From: Octopus bimaculoides
Taxonomy: Eukaryota
Assembly: GCF_001194135.2 (NCBI RefSeq)
Contig: NC_068990.1
Coordinates: 11,943,777-11,985,855 of the forward strand
DNA length: 42,079 nucleotides
Reading direction: 5' to 3'
Shown here in pieces: positions 34,520-42,079 of the stretch. A program made the position numbers and the translations under genes. The notes below the pieces were generated by a model, which saw only the letters and a program-made list of their open reading frames with translations, made no database searches and was not told the origin of the DNA. Every line of letters begins with the position of its first letter. Within the stretch, counting starts at the first letter, position 1.

Positions 34520-34940
34520 ACTCTTGTCTGTTCTTCGTCTTTTACCTTCTACTTGTTGTTCGGTCATTGAACTGCAGCCATGCTGGAGCCCCACCCTGAA
34601 GAGTTTTAGTTAAACAAATCGATCTCAGTATTTATATTTTTAAAGTTTGTACTTACCCTATCACCCCTTTTGCCAAATTGCTGAGTTATGGAGACATAAA
34701 CAAACCAACACAGATGTGGGGAAAGCCACAAGCACTAAGACACACACACACATATCACACACATAGCCACATACACATACACACACACACACACATATTC
34801 AATAGGCTTCTTTCAGTTTCTGTCCCCCAAATTGTCTCACAAAGCTTTGGTTGGCCCAGGGCCATAGTAAAAGAGATTTGCCAATGTGCCATTGAGTAGG
34901 ATTGTACCTAAACCATGTGGTTTGGAGGCAAACTTATTTG
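34520..34940 (-). mobile_element. SINE S2
   Basis: Reverse-complement tail, core and head. Confidence 0.8.
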
Positions 34941-35037
34941 AGTTTTCACACTTACATTACAAATATTTACCTCCTGAGGCAATGAAACCATCCCCATGAG
35001 GTCATTTGATATGCCAGAAATAATGGCCAAATCTCTC

Positions 35038-35265
35038 TTAAATCTTTAGCATTTAATCCAACCATATCCAGACCAAACATTCTACATGTTTTATGTTAAA
35101 ACTGACCAGATCCAACCTCTCACACCTACCCTACAATGTTATTCTAAAAATATACAAACACACCATTGAAATCAAGGAGCTACAAAGTAACTTGTGATTT
35201 ATTGAAAATGATGTGAATAGATAAGCATTACATTTGACAAAGAAATCTGAATGCTAAAAGGCTAA
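35038..35265 (-). mobile_element. piggyBac-like MITE
   Basis: Termini ttaaatctttagcatt / aatgctaaaaggctaa, resembling TTAA-CCC ends; homologous to 15176-15362. Confidence 0.65.
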
Positions 35266-35769
35266 ATTACAACCTTCCATATATAAAGGAAAGATAATTT
35301 AGCTAAATTAAAGAAACAGATTAGTTACAGCTGGGATATCATTGATGATGGAGAGCTGCTTAATAAGGGTTGACTCAAACATTTACTCTCACGTTATGCT
35401 TGTTTATTTCATTGGAATTCATGAGAAATTCATCTGTTGAAAGACAGGCTCCTTCTTCCAACAGGCCAAAAAAGCCATAAGGAAATATGAGCAAAAATTT
35501 AATGTAAAAGTAACAAAGTCAACATAATATACTATGAAGAAATTGAAGAGAAACTTGTATTTCAGACAATTTGTCCTTTGTCAAGATAAATAAGAAGAGA
35601 GATAAAAAAAGAAATATTTCTTGGAGAAAAACATGCAAGTTGGATACCATTTATTTTCTCAACACTCTTTTTACTTTTCTTCCTTATCTATCTTGAAGAT
35701 GGACATATCATCTGAAACTTTGATATCTCTTATTTTAAGTCATGGTTTGATAACATGAATCTGTTACTG

Positions 35770-35838
<69 letters not shown>

Positions 35839-36479
35839 GTTGTTGTAGCACATGATTTGCTCTCTTGCTTTCTGGATTGCTTTTTACATGTTTATGTAGA
35901 AGAGGAAAAAAAAAAGAAACAAACTGATTTGTCAGATATTGGTTTCTTTCCACAGATCTTTGATATGTTCTTTCAATAGTGTCAACCAATGGAATCTCAC
36001 CTTGATGATGCACATAGATACATACATGGTAGCTGTCAACTCATAGATGAAGTATGAACAGTGCTGACAAATTATTTTATCCAAGTTGTTAAAGACAATG
36101 GCTGTTAGCAAATACTCAAACTCAAAGTCAGGAATAGCTTGCAGAACACCCCAAAGACTCTAACCTACAATGCCAAGTCCTCTGGTTTTTCAGTGAGGTG
36201 GGTGTTTTGGTATTTCTTTCTCCTCAAGAGATGTCTAAGTAAAGACTAGGAGGTCTCCCATTCCCAGCTGTTGGATGGTCGTTGACTCTACTGAGATCAT
36301 GCATCCTTTGACAGGTTTTGTTTTGCCCCTTGCTGGGTGTCTAATGAAAACCATCCTCCCTACCAAGCAGGCTTGGTAGGATTGCCAGTTCAGTCACAGA
36401 TAGCTCAACCATGTAACAGATTATGCTGGGTTAGATGTTACCAGTAGTTCTAAGAGTAACTTGACAGATACATAGATAC

Positions 36480-36618
36480 TAGGAAGGGCATCCAGCTGTA
36501 GAAACTCTGCCAAATCAGACTGGAGCCTGGTGTTGCCATCCGGTTTCACCAGTCCTCAGTCAAATCGTCCAACCCATGCTAGCATGGAAAGCGGACGTTA
36601 AACGATGATGATGATGAC
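36480..36618 (+). mobile_element. young short retroposon / RTE-type 3' tail copy
   Basis: 2 mismatches to the reverse complement of 6541-6677. Confidence 0.85.
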
Positions 36619-37596
36619 ATGTATAACCTTATACAAGCAGGTAAACAAAAGAAGGAAAGTAACATTCACCATGTATTTGGAATTGTACAAATTTAATAAA
36701 TTGATTAAGCTTTACATTACTAAAAGTTTTGAAGACATAGAAATGCAGTCGGAGTAGGAAAAATTTAAACATTGCTTCTTCTAAGTCAGTATATTTGATG
36801 GAAGGGCCCACTCTAAAAGTCGGCTCAGCTCATATGAATAGAATAATCAAACATTAACATTAGACTATCTTAATTGTGTGATTATGTAGTAGAGGAAACA
36901 TTCTAAACCCTTTAGGGCTTCTGAAGTCATTAATGTTGGTCACATAATATACTTATAGTGATAGGAGGAAAGTGCTCCATGTGGTGAGGTAACCAGTCTA
37001 GTGGTGCTAAATCTCATTTCTGGCCCCTGAAACAGCAGTAACCTCTACATAAACATGATTGGTCGTGTACCACTGCAGTGCATTACTGCACCCACCATTT
37101 GTCGGTATCTGCTCAGATCATCCTAATCCATTCTCCAAGCAGTGTCTCAGTCAGTTCCTATTTCCATGAAGTACTTCTGCATCTGTCATGACCATGAGGT
37201 ATGTGGCCAACCATTAGGAGCTGTCACCACAGCTAGATCTTCAGAGAAGAGCAGGATCCAATTCAGAAAATCAAACAACATGATCAGACAGTCTAAGCTG
37301 ATGCTCCTGAAATATAAAAGTAACAGAACACAACCCAGTTTCTGAGTATAGCCATTGGTTGGATATGAAATCCAACCAATGGTAACCTATTATCATTGTA
37401 GGTTACAAAATTTGGTGTGAGTAGCCCCGCCATAAGTCAGTTCAGCTCATATGACTAGATTAATCAAACATCGTTGTTAAATAATCTTGATGTGTACCAG
37501 GATAGCCATATGACCAGATAAAAATGGCAACCAAATGACACTCAGAGAGAAGAGATATTGAAACAGTAGAGCTAAATATATGGTACCTAAAATATA

Positions 37597-37769
37597 GGTG
37601 CAAGAGTGGCTGTGTGGTAAGTAGCTTGCTTACCAACCACATGGTTAAGGGTTCAGTCCCACTGCGTGGCACCTTGGGTAAATGTCTTCTACTATAGCCT
37701 CGGGCTGACCAAAGCCTTGTGTGTGGATTTGGTAGACAGAAACTGAGAAAAGCCCTTTGTGTATGTATA

Positions 37770-37826
<57 letters not shown>

Positions 37827-38140
37827 NNNNNNNNNNNNNNNNNNNNNNNNNNNNNNNNNNNNNNNNNNNNNNNNNNNNNNNNNNNNNNNNNNNNNNNNNN
37901 NNNNNNNNNNNNNNNNNNNNNNNNNNNNNNNNNNNNNNNNNNTATATATGTATGTGTGTGTGTATATGTTTGTGTGTCTGTGTTTACGTCCCCGTAACTT
38001 AGCGGTTCGGCAAAAAAGACCGATAGAATAAGTACTAGGCTTCCAAAGAATAAGTCTTGGGGTCGATTTGCTCCGACTAAAGGCGGTGCTCCAGCATGGC
38101 ACAGTCAAATGACTGAAACATGTAAAAGACTAAAAGAGAG
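37597..38140 (+). mobile_element. SINE S2 spanning an assembly gap (37827-37942)
   Basis: The head lies before the gap and the tail after it; the gap falls in the internal (TA)n. Confidence 0.88.
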
Positions 38141-38419
38141 AGTATATAGTCATAGCCTTTGAATCAGTAGCTTAGCTGGGGGTATGAGAGGGTTGTCCAC
38201 ATTGGGTAATGCTTTTATAGACTCAGGCCTATGAATGGGGATGCAAAATCAAGAACTACCCTGCTTTGATGATAGTTATATGCTTGATCAGAACTCAGAT
38301 GGTCTGAATAGCAGCATTGACATGTAAAACACGGGAATAATGATAGCAGCAGTAGCAGAATAGAATGTATTAAAAGTGGCAAGAAATGAGAGCAAAAGAA
38401 ACAAGAGTAAAATTATGAG

Positions 38420-38890
38420 AGACAGAATTAAGTCAGCTTAAGTCAGCGCTAGAAGGAAAAATGACCATCTTTGATTACAAGATGAAAGGCATTCTTCCAT
38501 CAGGATAATGCTTAGCCACATACAGTGAAAATGACATTCCAAATGCTGGAGCAGTTTGAATGGGAAACGATGCCCCACCCACCATATTTGCCAGACTTTA
38601 CCCCATCTGATTATAATTTATTCTGCAGTCTTTAAAATCATTATGATGGAAAAAATATGAATTCTGTAGACAAGGTCAGCACGGTACTGGAGGAGTATTT
38701 TTCATCATGGACATGTGAATTATGGAAGAGAGGCCTTGCAAGTCTATCAGAGAGATGGAAGAGCATTGCAGAAGATGAAGAGGAGAGTAAATTTTAGATT
38801 AAAAAGAATTTTGTTTATCTCAATTTTGATAGATACAAGAAGTATAAAAGTACCGCATTATTTACGCATTACTTATGGGATGACCCAATA
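38420..38890 (+). mobile_element. mariner transposon 3' half (family M3) with right TIR
   Basis: FFHQDNA*PHTVKMTFQMLEQFEWETMPHPPYLPDFTPSDYNLFCSL*NHYDGK...WKRGLASLSERWKSIAE; TIR ..gcattacttatgggatgacccaata-TA. Confidence 0.95.
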
Positions 38891-39591
38891 TATAGATACA
38901 GATATATGTATAAACATATATATATACATGTGTGTGTGAGTGTGTGTGTATATATATATATATAAAATTATAATTATAATAATAAAGGGAAGGATAAGGA
39001 GATATAGGAAGTGGGAGGAGGAGAAGGAGGGGAAGAGCAGGTGGAGTAACTCGACAACAATTAACAACAAAACTAACAACAGTAGCAACAACATGAATCT
39101 TAGGATATTATTTGCTTAATGGATAAGAACATTGTTAAACTTGGTATTTAGAAATAACTATTTCTTGTGGTTTGGTTCAAGTCTAAGACTATGTACACAC
39201 CAACTAACATATCCAGTAGTGATGGTGAGAGACAAAAACCTATTGAAACATTGTATTGATGCACATATTGTAATTATAGTGTGAAATGATGAGGTTTAAT
39301 TGTCCAGAAAATAATGTTATATAAACAAGCTCTCATCTCAGACATTTAGATATTTAATAAATGTTTACCTGTAGGGTATTTACCTTGGTGATTTACCATT
39401 TCTTACAGTTCATTACCTGAATATAATTACAGATATTATTTACTTGTTAAATGAAAAATAGATAATTTCTCCATCGATTGTAAATTTTGTATGAAAAAAT
39501 AACTAAGATCTTATCAGAATCATTGTTACTTTTGTTGCTTTTGTTCAGCCCTAAGTCAACCTTCACTGATCACACATAAATTGAAGGTTTA

Positions 39592-39828
39592 ATTTCTTAT
39601 TTCTTTATTGCCCACAAGGGGCTAAACATAGAGGGGATAAACAAGGACAGACAAATGTATTAAGTCGATTTCATCGACCCCAGTGCGTAACTGGTACTTA
39701 ATTTAACGACCCCAAAAGAATGAAAGGCAAAGTCGACCTCAGTGGAATTTGAACTCAGAACATAACGGCAGACGAAATACTGCTAAGCATTTAGCCCGGT
39801 GGGGTAACGTTTCTGCCAGCTCGCCATG
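39592..39828 (-). mobile_element. SINE S3 with tail a
   Basis: Same tail as unit 1 of the dimer at 22549. Confidence 0.88.
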
Positions 39829-40049
39829 AGGGTTTAATTTCTGTGACCAAAGCATCACTTGAGACGTATGTATACAAAACCATTATAACATTATCTATAT
39901 AATATATCCTCTGTCCTGCTTTATGTCAGACAATAGTTGCACTTTGCAGGAAGTTTGACTGTTATTTCTAGCAGCTGGTTAAGATGACCATAATACAGGT
40001 TCTAACATTGGTTTGCAATATGAATCAGGCTGCTATTGTTACCTTTTAT

Positions 40050-40275
40050 TCTTTATCTTTTACTCGTTTCAGTTACTAGACTGTGTCCATGCTGGAGCAC
40101 TTCCTTGAAGATTTTAGTTGATGAAATTGCCCCCAGTACTTACTCTCTAAAGTCTAGTACTTATTCTATTGGCTACATTTGCCAAAGCACTAAGTTACAG
40201 GGATGAAAACAAACCAACACCTGTTTTCAAGTGCTGAGAAAGCGGACAAACACAGAATGCATAAACACACACACA
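40050..40275 (-). mobile_element. SINE S2 3' half
   Basis: Reverse-complement tail. Confidence 0.78.
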
Positions 40276-40499
40276 GAAAGTATAGGGGTTTAGTTCACAG
40301 GCAATCTAAATGATTAGGCATGCTAGGTAAGTGCTGTAACGGATTACTGGGGCTCCAAGGTTATAGCTGAGATGGTAGTTATGGAACTATTGCAGATTTC
40401 CGATGCAGCGGTTATATAATTGTTAAACAGGACAGCAAACATTAAAACAAGGCAAACATCTCAAGTCATATACAATATTACAAAATATTATAGGAAGAA

Positions 40500-40824
40500 A
40501 TTCAAAATCTTTTAAGCAAAGTCCACAACTGGAGTTTTGGCCCTGATATGGGGTACCTGAGTCTATTATAGCCCAGGAAAGTTTATACTGTATTTTACTA
40601 TTAATTAGATGGTGTATGTGGCTGGCTAGTGATGTGGAATTGTTATTCTCCTTATATTTAAATGAGTTTAAATGTGCGTAATACTTTTGTTTAAAATTGA
40701 TGCTAGAATCAATATAGCAGCTACAGGAGTTATTTACCATATTGTGAACAGTACATCGGTATACGACATTGAAACTTCTGCATTGAGCTTGCAGCGGGCA
40801 ATCTGTCCTGGATCTACAGTTGCA
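40500..40824 (-). mobile_element. Penelope-like element GIY-YIG endonuclease fossil
   Basis: One open frame: CNCRSRTDCPLQAQCRSFNVVYRCTV...SCYIDSSINFKQKYYAHLNSFKYKENNNSTSLASHIHHLINSKIQYKLSWAIIDSGTPYQGQNSSCGLCLK. This matches the PLE pattern CNCR..CPL..C..VVY..YIG..FK.RY..H..SF..ST.L..HI..L..Y.I.W.I..Y..C.LCL. Confidence 0.88.
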
Positions 40825-40997
40825 GTGGAAAGAGAGATGAGGCAGTGCTAGTAGTGGCTAGGGTGGTATTTGGCAAATCGATCGTGATATTGCTGCTATT
40901 AAAGCTGCAGTTTCTAAGCATTACCATTATTATTATTCTAAGTTTGCACTTCCAGAATCTAGCAGTTCAGTAAAAGAGAATTAATGGAGCAAAGGTA

Positions 40998-41331
40998 AAG
41001 ACCATCTTCGGACATGAATGACCATGGGATTACATCTAGAAAGTTACTCTCCGAGGCACAAGTCTGGGCGAGGTTGTTTATGGAAAACCAGCAGTCACCC
41101 ATGCATACCAGCCTCCCCTCTCCATACCACTGATGTTATCCAAGGAAAAGGCAAAGGCTGATACAGCTTGGCACCAATGATGTCACAACTCATTTCTACA
41201 GCTGTGTGAACTGGAGCAACGTGAAATAAAACGTCTGGCTCAAAAGCACAACACAGCCTGGTTTAGTTATTGAACTCACAACCTCTGGACTGTAAGCCTT
41301 ACACTCTAACCACTGAGCTATGTGCCTTCAC
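40998..41331 (-). mobile_element. SINE S4, full length
   Basis: Homologous to 24715-25053. Confidence 0.88.
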
Positions 41332-41622
41332 AATACAATAAATACAACACTTGAATAAGTACAAGTACTTGAGTCAATTCATTCAACTAAAAACTCTTTA
41401 AAGTGATGCTTCAGCATGGCCACAAATCCAATATTTGAAAGAACTAAAAGAATAAAAGAATAAGTGAATATCAGAATAGAAAAATGAAAGAATATGTTGA
41501 GTAGCTAAAATATTGATTTATGATTTTTTTATTTATTTTTTTTTAATATTTATTTAAATGATTATCTGAAGAAATCTTTTGAATCAAATGGACATTTAGA
41601 AGCTGATTATATTAAATTATAG

Positions 41623-41854
41623 CATCGATGCTGAAGATGGAATGTTGGAATTAAAAACCAGAGGCATTTCTTTGTTGCGTCTTTTATCTGCCATCAAAAC
41701 TATTTATGATATGTGCTCCTCAGAGGATCAGTTGAACGAGTCTTCTGTTATGAAAGCTCCCACCAGCACCGGTAGCAGCATCAGCAGCAGCAGCGAAACC
41801 ACCACCACCAACACCATTGCCACTACCCTCACCATCAACACTACATTTTTATAA
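41623..41854 (+). CDS. possible exon (unassigned)
   Basis: attaaattatag|C ATC GAT... gives 77 open codons, IDAEDGMLELKTRGISLLRLLSAIKTIYDMCSSEDQLNESSV, followed by an S/T low-complexity tail. No family recognised. Confidence 0.2.
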
Positions 41855-41999
41855 GTCGTTTCCTACTGTCATTTGTGGGTCCCACCTGGAGCTAAACATC
41901 AAACAGTCCAGAATGTCACAGCCAGTGAATAAGAATGGGAAGCTTGGTCCACAACTGCCTGATGAATAATTTTAGAAATATAGCAATGGTGTTGATAGT

Positions 42000-42079
42000 G
42001 ATGATGACGATGATGATGACGGCAACAATGATGATGATGGTGGTGGTGATGGTGGTGGTGGTGGTGGTGGTAATGGTGG
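42000..42079. repeat. (GAT)n/(GGT)n microsatellite
   Basis: Direct reading. Confidence 0.95.

Noticed and set aside
37080-37320. Possible RTE C-terminal remnant or exon on the minus strand
   Set aside because: Only faint GH..R..DL similarity; cannot choose between the readings.
40301-40326. 26-nt segment with good acceptor and TAG|gtaagt donor
   Set aside because: Stops in all three frames; it shows that strong-looking splice pairs arise by chance here, which is why all exon calls are low confidence.

Overview
AT-rich eukaryotic genomic DNA, mostly intronic or intergenic, saturated with microsatellites and transposon relics, with four assembly gaps. The repeat families look like those of an octopus (coleoid cephalopod) genome; this is an inference from remembered repeat families, not a database result. 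No complete protein-coding gene is recognisable, and nearly all listed ORFs are microsatellite or repeat artefacts. Supported content: a pogo-type transposase fossil (BrkDBD + CENP-B-type HTH + DDE) split by nested insertions, three mariner families, a Helitron Rep fragment, R4/Dong and RTE LINE fossils, a Penelope-like GIY-YIG endonuclease fossil, several MITEs, and many copies of at least four tRNA-headed SINE families with swapped tails. The most unusual object is at 9907-10414: a tRNA-headed short element whose body carries a Penelope-type minimal hammerhead ribozyme. It is inserted together with an inverted, headless copy of itself inside one 12-bp target-site duplication. Scattered short splice-site-bounded segments on both strands could be micro-exons of an unidentified host gene, but they are low confidence. 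Coordinates of degenerate repeats are approximate.
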